Origin: a bacterium
GTDB lineage: Bacteria; Patescibacteriota; Patescibacteriia; PEXW01
DNA length: 50,738 nucleotides
NCBI GenBank assembly: GCA_030689605.1
Contig: JAUYFT010000026.1
Coordinates: 1-50,738, forward strand
Direction of reading: 5' to 3'
The notes under the pieces are model-generated. The model ran no database searches. It was not told the origin of the DNA and saw nothing but the letters and a program-made list of their open reading frames with translations. Position 1 is the stretch's first letter, and every line of letters starts with the position of its first letter. Shown piece after piece: positions 23,050 through 32,050 of the stretch. Position numbers and translations under genes: made by a program.

Positions 23050-25080
23050 ATGAAGTTTAAGCTGCATTCTCCATTTAAGCCGACCGGGGATCAACCCCAA
23101 GCCATTGCCAAGCTCACCAAGGGTGTGGAGCGGGGTTTGCGCGCCCAGACGTTGCTCGGTGTCACCGGCTCGGGCAAGACGTTTACCATGGCCAATGTCA
23201 TTGCCAATACTCAACGGCCGACGCTCGTCATCTCCCACAACAAGACCCTGGCCGCGCAGCTAGCCAGTGAGTTTGAAGAGTTCTTCCCCGACAACGCCGT
23301 GCACTACTTCGTCTCGTACTACGACTACTACCAGCCCGAGGCATACATTGCCAAGTCCGACACTTACATTGAGAAAGAAACGGACATTAATGAGGAAATT
23401 GACCGCCTGCGCCACGCTAGCACGCAGGCCGTGCTCTCGCGACGGGATGTGATTATTGTCGCTTCCGTTTCTTGCATCTACGGCCTCGGCTCCCCGGCCG
23501 AGTACCGCCGCGGCGTCATCACCTTAAAGAAGGGTCAGACCATGAAGCGCGCCGACCTCCTGAAACAACTCATCGCCATGAAGTTTGAACGCCGCACCTT
23601 GGACATCTGGCGTGGTGCTTTCCGCGTCCTCGGCGATGTACTAGAAATTTTCCCGACCGCGTCCGAGGACCGTATGCTCCGCATCCAGTTCTACGGCAAC
23701 GACATTGAAAAAATCGAGGAGCTTGACGCGCTCACGGGAAAAAATATTACCTTGCTGGAAAGCGTGGACATCTACCCGAACACGCAGTACGTCACTGACC
23801 CGAACGAGACCGAACGCGCGCTCAAGCAAATGGAGAAAGATTTGAAAGAGCGCGTCACCTTTTTCAAAGCCCACGACAAGCCCCTGGAAGCCGAGCGCAT
23901 TGAGCAGCGGACGCGCTTCGATTTGGAAATGATGCGCACCACCGGCTTTGCGCCAGGCATCGAGAACTACTCCCGCTACTTTGACGGCCGCCAGCCGGGC
24001 ACGCCGCCATACACGCTCATGGACTTCTTCCCGAAAGACTACCTGCTCATGATCGACGAGTCGCACATGACTATTCCGCAAATTGGGGGGATGTACGAAG
24101 GCGACAAGTCCCGCAAGCAAGCGCTGGTAAACTACGGCTTCCGCCTGCCCGCAGCGTTCGACAACCGACCCTTGAAGTTCGGTGAGTTCGAGGGCAAAAT
24201 CAACCAGATGGTGTTCACGTCTGCCACACCAGCGAAGTACGAGAAGGAGAAGAGCCAGAGTGTCGTGGAACAAGTCATCCGGCCCACGGGCTTGCTGGAC
24301 CCGGATATTGAAGTTAAGCCCACGAAAAACCAGGTGGACGACCTGGTGGAGCAAATCCGAAAACGGGTGGAAAAAGGCCAACGTGTGCTAGTGACGACAC
24401 TCACCAAGCGCATTGCCGAAGACCTGACCGACTACCTCAAAGACCTGGACATCAAAGTGCAGTACCTGCACTCGGATGTGGACACCTTCGACCGTTTGGA
24501 AATCCTGCGCAGTTTACGCACCGGGGAAATAGACGTTGTGATCGGCATTAACCTACTACGCGAAGGCTTGGATTTACCAGAAGTGTCCTTGGTTGCCATC
24601 CTCGACGCGGATAAAGAAGGTTTCTTGCGTTCGGACGTGGCGCTCATCCAAACCATGGGCCGCGGCGCCCGGCACGTGGAAGGCCAGGTAATCATGTACG
24701 CCGATCGCCGCACGGGCTCGATGGAACGGGCAATATCCGAAACCGCCCGCCGCCGCAAAATCCAAAAAGCCTACAACACCAAACACGGCATTACCCCAGC
24801 GGGCATTACTAAAGCTATCCGCGAATCGCGCTTGGCCGGCAAGCAGAAACCGCAAGACGAGAAGCCAATCATCGATCCAAAATCCATTCCCAAAGACGAA
24901 CTCCCACACATCCTGCACGACCTGGAGAATCAAATGGCCTTAGCCGCGGCAAACTTGGAGTTTGAACGCGCAGCCAACATCCGCGACCAGATTACTTTGC
25001 TCAAGGGCTACAAGCTTTACCCTGCATCGAATGGTGCAGGGCGCCAGCGAGGCTTCGGTAAAAGACGAAAGCGAGGGTAA
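23050..25080 (+). CDS. uvrB: Excinuclease ABC subunit B
   Basis: MKFKLHSPFKPTGDQPQAI, GVTGSGKT, IDESH, and the UVR motif LEFERAANIRDQI. ATG 23050 is preferred over the TTG at 22957. Confidence 0.97.
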   Translation: MKFKLHSPFKPTGDQPQAIAKLTKGVERGLRAQTLLGVTGSGKTFTMANVIANTQRPTLVISHNKTLAAQLASEFEEFFPDNAVHYFVSYYDYYQPEAYIAKSDTYIEKETDINEEIDRLRHASTQAVLSRRDVIIVASVSCIYGLGSPAEYRRGVITLKKGQTMKRADLLKQLIAMKFERRTLDIWRGAFRVLGDVLEIFPTASEDRMLRIQFYGNDIEKIEELDALTGKNITLLESVDIYPNTQYVTDPNETERALKQMEKDLKERVTFFKAHDKPLEAERIEQRTRFDLEMMRTTGFAPGIENYSRYFDGRQPGTPPYTLMDFFPKDYLLMIDESHMTIPQIGGMYEGDKSRKQALVNYGFRLPAAFDNRPLKFGEFEGKINQMVFTSATPAKYEKEKSQSVVEQVIRPTGLLDPDIEVKPTKNQVDDLVEQIRKRVEKGQRVLVTTLTKRIAEDLTDYLKDLDIKVQYLHSDVDTFDRLEILRSLRTGEIDVVIGINLLREGLDLPEVSLVAILDADKEGFLRSDVALIQTMGRGARHVEGQVIMYADRRTGSMERAISETARRRKIQKAYNTKHGITPAGITKAIRESRLAGKQKPQDEKPIIDPKSIPKDELPHILHDLENQMALAAANLEFERAANIRDQITLLKGYKLYPASNGAGRQRGFGKRRKRG

Positions 25081-25082
25081 AA

Positions 25083-25110
25083 AATCCGCCAGCGTGAGGG
25101 GTGGCGGATT
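25083..25110. terminator. Hairpin shared by convergent uvrB and the zinc-ribbon gene
   Basis: AATCCGCCA...TGGCGGATT. An A-run upstream gives a T-run on the minus strand. Confidence 0.65.
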
Positions 25111-25118
25111 GCTTGGGT

Positions 25119-25331
25119 TTAGGCACTAGGCCGGGATGGGACGTGGCAACGCTCTGCCTGCTTGTGCGCAGCGTGGCACGACTTGCACCGTTTCAGGTCA
25201 TCGACATAACCCTTTTCGGCAAAGTATGCTTGCGCTTCGGCCGTGAAGACGAACTCTTCATGGCAGTCAGTGCAAATGAGGATGCGTAACGCCCGGTCTA
25301 CTGCCTGGTGCGAAAGGACTTTCCTGTCCAT
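25119..25331 (-). CDS. Small zinc-ribbon protein (zf-trcl-like)
   Basis: CTDC...F.F...Q.YF..KGY...KRCKSC pattern. Confidence 0.55.
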   Translation of the reverse strand: MDRKVLSHQAVDRALRILICTDCHEEFVFTAEAQAYFAEKGYVDDLKRCKSCHAAHKQAERCHVPSRPSA

Positions 25332-25502
25332 GCGGACCTCCGTGTGGTAGTGGGATGATAGTGGGTAGGAACAATGTCACTCTCATTCTACACCTTTCGA
25401 CAAAAAGTCAGGAAGTCCTGTCAGGTGGGGTGGCTAGGGCTTGCATCGGTTGGTTACACATGGTAGCTTGTGCACACCTCAATCTAATTTTCGTATCCCT
25501 GT

Positions 25503-25763
25503 ATGCCTATCAAAGCCGCATCGGCCAAGCATGCCCGTCAATCTGTGAAGCGCACAATCGTGAACCGCGCTGTGAAGACCGAGCTCCGCGAGGCAATCAA
25601 GAAAGCTCGCAAGCTTATTGCCGCGAAAAAGCTGGATGAAGCCAAGGTTGCAGTGAGCGTTGCGGTGAAGCTCCTGGATAAAGCCGCCCGCAAGCGCACC
25701 ATGCCAAAGAACACCACGAGCCGAAAGAAGTCCCGCTTGATGCAGGCACTGGCCAAGGCATAG
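25503..25763 (+). CDS. rpsT: 30S ribosomal protein bS20
   Basis: MPIKAASAKHARQSVKRTIVNRAVKTELREAIKK is typical of S20. Confidence 0.9.
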   Translation: MPIKAASAKHARQSVKRTIVNRAVKTELREAIKKARKLIAAKKLDEAKVAVSVAVKLLDKAARKRTMPKNTTSRKKSRLMQALAKA

Positions 25764-25801
25764 TTACGAATTACGAATAGCAACCTACGAAATACGAATG
25801 G
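25764..25801. repeat. Left inverted-repeat arm of the GxxExxY cassette (4 x TACGAAW heptamers)
   Basis: TTACGAATTACGAAT (25764-25778) is the exact reverse complement of 26233-26247. TACGAATGG (25793-25801) is the exact reverse complement of 26202-26210. Confidence 0.85.
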
Positions 25802-26211
25802 ATCAGGAAGGACAAATTCGTAGGAAGGATTTAGTCCATGCAGACCTGAGCTACCGCGTCGTCGGTATTCTCTTTGAGGTATTCAATGAGCTTGGGTATG
25901 GACACCTGGAACGCGTGTACCAGCGAGCGATTGCCGAACTGATGCGAAAGCTTGACCTCCATTTCCAAGAGCAAGTACGCTATACCATACAACTTAAAAA
26001 TCGTCCGATTGCATCATATGTTCTTGATTTTCTCATTGAAGGGAAGGTTGTTCTAGAGTTAAAACGCGGTGCGCGGTATATGCGAAAAGACATCGAACAA
26101 GTGTACGCCTACCTACGAGCCAGTGACTTACAGTTAGGCATCCTCGCTACCTTCACATCGCAAGGAGTGGCATACAAACGCATTGTCAACATCGAGCATC
26201 CCCATTCGTAG
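25798..26211 (+). CDS. GxxExxY protein (PD-(D/E)XK nuclease-like, PDDEXK_3)
   Basis: Literal motif G-HL-E-RV-Y within LGYGHLERVYQ, followed by D...ELK (VLDFLIEGKVVLELK). Confidence 0.8.
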   Translation: MDQEGQIRRKDLVHADLSYRVVGILFEVFNELGYGHLERVYQRAIAELMRKLDLHFQEQVRYTIQLKNRPIASYVLDFLIEGKVVLELKRGARYMRKDIEQVYAYLRASDLQLGILATFTSQGVAYKRIVNIEHPHS

Positions 26212-26247
26212 TCATTCGTATATTCGTAACAGATTCGTAATTCGTAA
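26202..26247. repeat. Right inverted-repeat arm of the GxxExxY cassette (5 x ATTCGTA heptamers)
   Basis: ATTCGTA occurs at 26204, 26214, 26222, 26233 and 26240. It pairs with the left arm as described there. Confidence 0.85.
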
Positions 26248-26249
26248 TT

Positions 26250-27266
26250 TCACTTTACACAAACCTTAGCAATAAAGTGGACCAGGCCGAGTTCAGGATC
26301 GACCTTGCCGGTCTTCATGTCCACGTCCAACTGCGCCAGGTCTAAAAATAACTGGCGGATAGTGCCGGCGGGAAACTGCCGCACCGCCGCAATTGCCTTC
26401 TGCGCTACGTACGGGTGCAGGTCAGTCTCGGCGGCAATGCTCCCCGGTGCCAGCTTGCGATTCAAGCAATCTTCAACGACCAGCAGCATCCGCAGCTGCC
26501 GCGTGAGCATGGCGTGCAAGACGAGCGGGTGGACGCCCAGTTGGAGCTGACTTTGGAAGAGCCCAAGCGCAGCCGCGGCGTTGCGCGCCGAAAGCGCATC
26601 CGTGAAGTGGAATATATTGTCATCCAGCGGTGCCTTGCTCCACTCTCCGACGAGGACTTGCGTGATGGGCTTCCCGCCTGCCGAAGCAACGATCTGCGCC
26701 ACTACCCCGCTCATTGCCCACAGGTCTGGCCCGACATTCGTGGCAAGCTGCATCACAGCGGAAGGTTCAATGCTACCGCCGAGGCGCTTCACCTCGTTGC
26801 GAATCCAAGCTAGTAGTTGCGCCGCGGCGAGCGGTTCGAACACTTCAACCTTTGCATGCGCTGGCCAGGAAATTTTCGTCGGTGCAATCGCGGGCTTCTT
26901 GGCTTTTGATTTGCTCGGCTTTTTTGGTGCGGTTTTCTTCGGTGCGGCAGGTTTGCCGAGATCTTTGCTTTCCCAGGCAATCATCACGGTGTCTGGGAAT
27001 GCTTCCGCATCCAACCACGCATTAAACTGCTCACGGTCGGCCACCAAAGCCGTGGAGTAGAAGTCGTACAGAACCACGAGCCGCTTCTTGGCAAACATGC
27101 CCACCTGCGCCGCGCTCGCCCGGACTTTCGCTATTTCAAAGGGAGCCACAAATGAGGACACATTCGAGCCAGCAGTGTCGTACTTCTTCTTAAAGCCTTC
27201 GCGCAATACAACCAACCGTTTGCGGGAACTGTACGTATCTGCACCGTGGAGGATGAGGAGGTCCAT
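26250..27266 (-). CDS. holA: DNA polymerase III subunit delta
   Basis: The LILHGADTYS start and the length and helical C-terminal half are typical of HolA. This is the weakest of the replication calls. Confidence 0.7.
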   Translation of the reverse strand: MDLLILHGADTYSSRKRLVVLREGFKKKYDTAGSNVSSFVAPFEIAKVRASAAQVGMFAKKRLVVLYDFYSTALVADREQFNAWLDAEAFPDTVMIAWESKDLGKPAAPKKTAPKKPSKSKAKKPAIAPTKISWPAHAKVEVFEPLAAAQLLAWIRNEVKRLGGSIEPSAVMQLATNVGPDLWAMSGVVAQIVASAGGKPITQVLVGEWSKAPLDDNIFHFTDALSARNAAAALGLFQSQLQLGVHPLVLHAMLTRQLRMLLVVEDCLNRKLAPGSIAAETDLHPYVAQKAIAAVRQFPAGTIRQLFLDLAQLDVDMKTGKVDPELGLVHFIAKVCVK

Positions 27267-27454
27267 GGGGGCAGGATAGCCTTAGAGCTGTAGAGCCGTA
27301 AAGCCATCAGTAGGGGCAAAGCTTGCTTTGTCCAGGCTTCATCCAAACCCCAAGCGCGGGCGTCTCTGCCTGCGCGGGCACTGAAGGTTGACAAAAATTA
27401 CGATTATGAGAGGGTGATAATAATAACATGTACCTTAAAATATCGGAGTAACAA

Positions 27455-28048
27455 ATGCTAGAGAATGGATGGAAAATCGAAGTCTTTTTCAAGGATTATT
27501 CCGCGCCAGCAAGTTTTGAAATCCCGGATGAATACGTCATCGAAGTTAGGGAGCAAAACGAATTCCGTGAGATCAAATTTCGTGATGACGCTGGAAAAAT
27601 CAGACACTTCAGTACACTGACTGGGGAGCGATTACTCAAGATGGAACGAGCTATTGTGGCATTCTATAGTGACAAACAGCTTGAGATTTGCGCGATCACG
27701 ACTGCTGTAACATTACTTAATTGCAGCGACAACACCACCCTCGACACTCTTCGTTGCTACCGACGTCAATGGCTTGAATCATTTACACTAGGGCAATGCC
27801 TTTCCCGTTGGTATGACCGGTGGTCTCCGCCTGTCGCGCAGTGGCTTGCGACTAGTAAGTGGCAAGCACACTTCTTGCTCAAGGTATTTATTCAGCCTTG
27901 CGCCTGGATGGCCGCACAAGCGGAAATGTATCGGCTCTTTGCTTTGCCACTAAGAATAGTTGTTGCGTGCTGGTATGTAGCCGCATCTCTAACCGCAAAG
28001 CTGTTGTATTCCCTACGAAAGGTTGAACTATGTGGATATTACTTTTAG
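27455..28048 (+). CDS. Orphan hypothetical protein (cassette 1)
   Basis: 197-aa ORF, visibly AT-richer than its flanks. It has an SD-like GGAG 7 nt upstream and a hydrophobic, Trp/Cys-rich C-terminal half. No family recognised. Confidence 0.5.
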   Translation: MLENGWKIEVFFKDYSAPASFEIPDEYVIEVREQNEFREIKFRDDAGKIRHFSTLTGERLLKMERAIVAFYSDKQLEICAITTAVTLLNCSDNTTLDTLRCYRRQWLESFTLGQCLSRWYDRWSPPVAQWLATSKWQAHFLLKVFIQPCAWMAAQAEMYRLFALPLRIVVACWYVAASLTAKLLYSLRKVELCGYYF

Positions 28049-28229
28049 GCGAACCCCGCGGTTCGCCTTTTTTAATTGTCATTGCGAGGAGGCCAACAGG
28101 CCGACGCGGCAATCTCCCTACATGAGCAAGATTGCCGCACCCTCGCACGGCTCGGGCTCGCAATGACAATACAAAATGTTGAAGCGTTTACAGACGCGCA
28201 CCTTAGCAGGCAGAGACGCCTGCGCTTGG
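28048..28229 (+). repeat. Cassette 3' module copy 1 (terminator hairpin + nested palindrome + AGAGAC hairpin)
   Basis: Components in order:
- terminator GGCGAACC-CCGC-GGTTCGCC followed by T6
- outer stem TTGTCATTGCGAG (28076-88) / CTCGCAATGACAA (28157-69)
- inner stem GCGGCAATCT (28106-15) / AGATTGCCGC (28129-38)
Positions 28048-28176 match 28921-29049 with 2 substitutions by my alignment. Confidence 0.9.
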
Positions 28230-28403
28230 CCTAGGATAAGTATGCGGATGTCCGAAGGACAGGTGAGGGGGGTAAACAAGCATTGACAATGGGCTTACAT
28301 AGCGCTAGTGTGAAACATTCTTTGACAACCCCTGCCCACGGCAGGAAAACCAACAACCATCCAGACTCGGACGAGTCAAAGCGCGGACGCGCAGGAGGAA
28401 AAT

Positions 28404-28913
28404 ATGTACGGCAAGACTTCGAGAATATTGAAAGAAATGAAGGAGGAGCGACGAAAAGAAACAAAACTAGTTGCACAGAATTACAGGTTAGTAAACAAAG
28501 ATTTGCCATTCTTGTGGGCATGTTCACCATTTTGGAATCTCAGTCACATCGCTATTACAGTCCATGACGTCAAACCAGAAACCAAAACGTTTGATCTTCT
28601 AGCCAAACAACTCATGTTCACAAAAGAGCAATGTGGTACCCACTTTCAAGTGTGGGTATATATTGATTACCACCTAGACATGATACGAATCGCTCCTATT
28701 ACCCTTGAAGTGTCAACGCCCATATGGAAAAGTATAGTATCAATAGCTGATGAAAAAGGAAACCAATGGTATTCCATAACGCACTTCATCTTTGCCTGGG
28801 GCAAACAGGAAAGCGTCTGCCTTAAAAAAATGGAGGTTTACAGGGTTCATGATGACCGAAAAAGTCGTAATACTTTGGGCATTCTCAGAGACCGGTTATC
28901 CAGCCAACCTTAA
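28404..28913 (+). CDS. Orphan hypothetical protein (cassette 2)
   Basis: 169-aa ORF, AT-rich, with a strong SD (CAGGAGGAAAAT-ATG) and a TTGACA hexamer upstream (28283). No family recognised. Confidence 0.5.
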   Translation: MYGKTSRILKEMKEERRKETKLVAQNYRLVNKDLPFLWACSPFWNLSHIAITVHDVKPETKTFDLLAKQLMFTKEQCGTHFQVWVYIDYHLDMIRIAPITLEVSTPIWKSIVSIADEKGNQWYSITHFIFAWGKQESVCLKKMEVYRVHDDRKSRNTLGILRDRLSSQP

Positions 28914-28920
28914 TCGCATT

Positions 28921-29097
28921 GGCGAACCCCGCGGTTCGCCTTTTTTAATTGTCATTGCGGGGAGGCCAACAGGCCGACGCGGCAATCTCCCTGCATGAGC
29001 AAGATTGCCGCACCCTCGCACGGCTCGGGCTCGCAATGACAATACAAAAATGTTGGGGTGTTCCGCACGCGCACCTTAGAGAAGGTGCGCTTGGTCT
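28921..29097 (+). repeat. Cassette 3' module copy 2
   Basis: Same terminator and nested palindrome as 28048-28176, at an offset of 873 nt. It lacks the AGAGAC hairpin but re-converges on GCGCACCTTAG...GCGCTTGG. Confidence 0.9.
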
Positions 29098-29210
29098 ATT
29101 TATACATGCCGAGCGCATGCTCTCCCCGCCTGCCTCCCGCCCGCTGCGACGAGCGCAGCGAGTCGGGCGGGCCGCCTAATGCTTGACATTGGCGGGCGGG
29201 TAGCGTGCGC

Positions 29211-31976
29211 TCACCTAACGGCTTCCATCTCCCCCCAATTCTCCCCTACCTTCACATCGGCGATGAGTGGTGCGGCTAATTCGTACACACCTTCCATGGT
29301 TTGCTTCACGAATGAGGATACTTTGTTCACGTCTGCATTGGGCACTTCAAACACGAGTTCATCATGCACCGTCAATATCATCCGGGACTTTGGGCTAACC
29401 TTTGGTAAGCCTTTGTCGCACGCGATCATGGCGAGCTTGAGGATGTCCGCGGCCGTCCCCTGCACGGGCAGGTTCACGGCAATGCGTTCGGCTTGGCTGC
29501 GGATCTGGCCGTTGGAGGAGTTGATCTCGGGTAGATTACGGCGGCGGCCGAACAATGTTTCCACGTAGCCGCGCTTCCGGGCTTGCTCTTTGGTTTCCTC
29601 CAAGAACTTCGCCACCTTTGGCCGGCTCGCAAAGTAGCGGTCAATGAAGTCCTGCGCTTTTTCGCGGCTAATTTTCTTACGACTTGCAAGGCCATACGCA
29701 CCCATACCGTAGAGCACACCAAAGTTTACCTCTTTGGCCGCGCTGCGCTGGTCTTTCGTCACTTGGTCAATGGGAATGCTGAAGATGTCCGCGGCTGTGG
29801 CTTGGTGGATGTCGGCGCCGTGCTTGAACGCGTCAATCATCTTCTGTTCTTTTGCTAAGCTGGCCACCACACGCAATTCAATTTGCGAGTAGTCCACGGA
29901 GACGAGCTGATACCCTTTCTCGGCAATAAAAGCTTTGCGAATTTCCCGACCCAGCTCCGTGCGGATAGGGATATTCTGCAAGTTTGGATTGTTACTGGAG
30001 AGCCGTCCGGTAGCGGCCACGGTCTGGTTGAAGTCCGTGTGTACCCGGCCGGTCTGCTTCTGCACCAGCTCGGGTAACGTCTCGATGTACGTGGAGAGAA
30101 GCTTGGTGAGCTCGCGATACTCCATAATCGCGTCGATGATTGGGTGCTTGCCTTGCAACTTCTCCAACTCATCCACGGCCGTGGAAATGCCGGTCTTGGT
30201 CTTCTTCAGTCCCTCCCTTGAGAGCTTGAGTGTAGTAAAGAGCACTTCTTTGAGCTGCAGCGGGGATTTAATGTTGAACTCCGATTTTGCGTAGCCATGA
30301 ATCTGCTTTTCGAGTTTCTTGATTGTCGCACTTATAGTTTTACTTAGCGCAGCTAGAAACTTCGAATCAATTTTTACCCCTGCGAGCTCAATTTTCTCCA
30401 ACACGGAAATAAGTGGCATTTCAATGTCATCAAACAGCTTCTGCAATTTCAGCGATTGGAGCTGCGGACTGAACTGCTTCACCAAGCGGTAGGTGTAGTC
30501 CGCATCTTCCCCCGAGTACTCGGCAATTTTCTCCACGGCCACCTCTTCCATTGTTACTTGATCCTTGCCCTTCTTGCCAATCAGGTCTTCAATGGGAATC
30601 ATTTGATGGCCGAACTCATTGAACGCCAGTGCATTCAAACTATGCGCCCGTGAACCAGAGTTCAAGAGGTAGCTGGCAATCATGCTGTCGAACGCCAAGG
30701 GTTGCACGTCAATCCCAGACAATGTCAGCACTTCGGCGTCGTACTTGCAGTTGTGACCCCACTTACCGACCTTAGGATTCTCGAGAATTCCTTTCAGCTC
30801 CTTAAGCCAGGCAGCATGACCCTTGGTGACAACGTAGTACGCCTCCCCAGCTTTCCAGGAGAAGCTAATTCCCAGTAGCTTCGCGTCGTACGGATTCAAG
30901 CTGGTCGTCTCGGTGTCGAAGACGAAGGCCTTTTGCTTCTGAAGTTCATCGAAAAAAGTTTTAAAGGCTCTCTCGTCATTCACCAACGTGTACGTATGCT
31001 TCGAAACTTTTTCACCGAAGAGCGACTGCCGGATTACACCCACCTCTCCCTCTTTCGAAGAGGGAGATTCGAGAGGGAGTGCATTCTGGGATAACAGCGG
31101 TATCTTCGCTACCAAACTCTTAAAACCCCACTTCACGAACAATTCGTGCAGCTTTGCCGCGTCGGCACTGTGCACCTTGGCTGCGTCGATGTTAAACGGC
31201 AACGGCACGTCGAGCTTTATTGTCGCCAATTTTTTGCTCATGTATGCGTTATCCTTCTCCTGCATGAGCTTCTCTAGCAACTTCGCCGAGATATTCTTGG
31301 CTTTTTGGGGTGTGTGCTCCAGCACGCGGTACATCTCCTCAATGGTGTGGAACTGCTGGATGAGGTCGGTCGCGGTTTTCTCCCCCACGCCTTTCACGCC
31401 CGGGATGTTGTCCGACGGGTCGCCGCGCAGCGCTTTGTAGTCAATGATGTCCTCGGGACCAAACCCATAGCGCGCCTCCACATCTTTCGGTGTGTACAGC
31501 ACCGTATCGTTCAAACCTTTGCGCAAACTGTAGACCGACACCTGCTTCGAAACGAGCTGCATGGTATCCATATCGCCAGTGAGGATGACCACATGTGCCT
31601 TATCTTTTGCTAAGCGATGGGAGAGTGTACCAATAACATCATCAGCCTCCACGCCGTCAGCCTCCACAACCGGGAAGCCAAACGCCGCCACCAAATCGTG
31701 CGCCAGGGGAATTTGATCGTAGAGCTCTTGCGCGGCCTTCACGCGCGTGGCTTTGTACTGGTCGTAGATGTCGTCGCGGAACGTCGGGCCTTTCATGTCA
31801 AAGGCGACCGCGACGTGCGTGGGCTTGATGTCCTTGAGCGCCTTGAGCAACGCTGTGGCAAAACCGTACACGGCATTCACCATGGTGCCATCTTTGGCCG
31901 TCAGCGGCGGCAGGGCGTGGAAGCTGCGGTGGATAATGGCGTTCCCGTCTACAAGCAGAACTTTGGGGGCAGGCAT
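29211..31976 (-). CDS. polA: DNA polymerase I (5'-nuclease, 3'-5' exonuclease and polymerase domains)
   Basis: VLLVDGNAIIHRSFHA, FVFDTETTSL, motif A VSVDYSQIELRV, motif B RSAAKEVNFGVLYGM, motif C LTVHDELVFE. ATG 31976 is preferred over the TTG at 31997. Confidence 0.95.
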   Translation of the reverse strand: MPAPKVLLVDGNAIIHRSFHALPPLTAKDGTMVNAVYGFATALLKALKDIKPTHVAVAFDMKGPTFRDDIYDQYKATRVKAAQELYDQIPLAHDLVAAFGFPVVEADGVEADDVIGTLSHRLAKDKAHVVILTGDMDTMQLVSKQVSVYSLRKGLNDTVLYTPKDVEARYGFGPEDIIDYKALRGDPSDNIPGVKGVGEKTATDLIQQFHTIEEMYRVLEHTPQKAKNISAKLLEKLMQEKDNAYMSKKLATIKLDVPLPFNIDAAKVHSADAAKLHELFVKWGFKSLVAKIPLLSQNALPLESPSSKEGEVGVIRQSLFGEKVSKHTYTLVNDERAFKTFFDELQKQKAFVFDTETTSLNPYDAKLLGISFSWKAGEAYYVVTKGHAAWLKELKGILENPKVGKWGHNCKYDAEVLTLSGIDVQPLAFDSMIASYLLNSGSRAHSLNALAFNEFGHQMIPIEDLIGKKGKDQVTMEEVAVEKIAEYSGEDADYTYRLVKQFSPQLQSLKLQKLFDDIEMPLISVLEKIELAGVKIDSKFLAALSKTISATIKKLEKQIHGYAKSEFNIKSPLQLKEVLFTTLKLSREGLKKTKTGISTAVDELEKLQGKHPIIDAIMEYRELTKLLSTYIETLPELVQKQTGRVHTDFNQTVAATGRLSSNNPNLQNIPIRTELGREIRKAFIAEKGYQLVSVDYSQIELRVVASLAKEQKMIDAFKHGADIHQATAADIFSIPIDQVTKDQRSAAKEVNFGVLYGMGAYGLASRKKISREKAQDFIDRYFASRPKVAKFLEETKEQARKRGYVETLFGRRRNLPEINSSNGQIRSQAERIAVNLPVQGTAADILKLAMIACDKGLPKVSPKSRMILTVHDELVFEVPNADVNKVSSFVKQTMEGVYELAAPLIADVKVGENWGEMEAVR

Positions 31977-31982
31977 AGGTAC

Positions 31983-32011
31983 AGAGTAGCGCCTCAATTA
32001 TCTTCTGTCAT
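31983..32011 (-). promoter_or_regulatory. polA promoter (ATGACA-N17-TACTCT), 6 nt from the ATG
   Basis: Minus strand reads AGAATGACAGAAGATAATTGAGGCGCTACTCTGTACCTATG. Confidence 0.55.
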
Positions 32012-32050
32012 TCTAAAAAGACACCTACCAAAAAGAGTGCGCGGGAACGG

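Noticed and set aside
28048-29097. Possible CRISPR array or integron attC sites
   Set aside because: It is not a CRISPR array. There are only two repeat copies, each ~130-180 nt long, separated by a full ORF, and there are no cas genes. It is not callable as an integron either. There is no intI in the window, and I could not identify R''/R' GTTRRRY core sites. It is kept only as an analogy in the finding.
27888-29179. Short ORFs 27888-28169 (-), 28792-28998 (+) and 28949-29179 (+)
   Set aside because: They are read-through translations of the palindromic repeat modules (SLRG...AMT-type peptides), an artefact typical of REP-like DNA.
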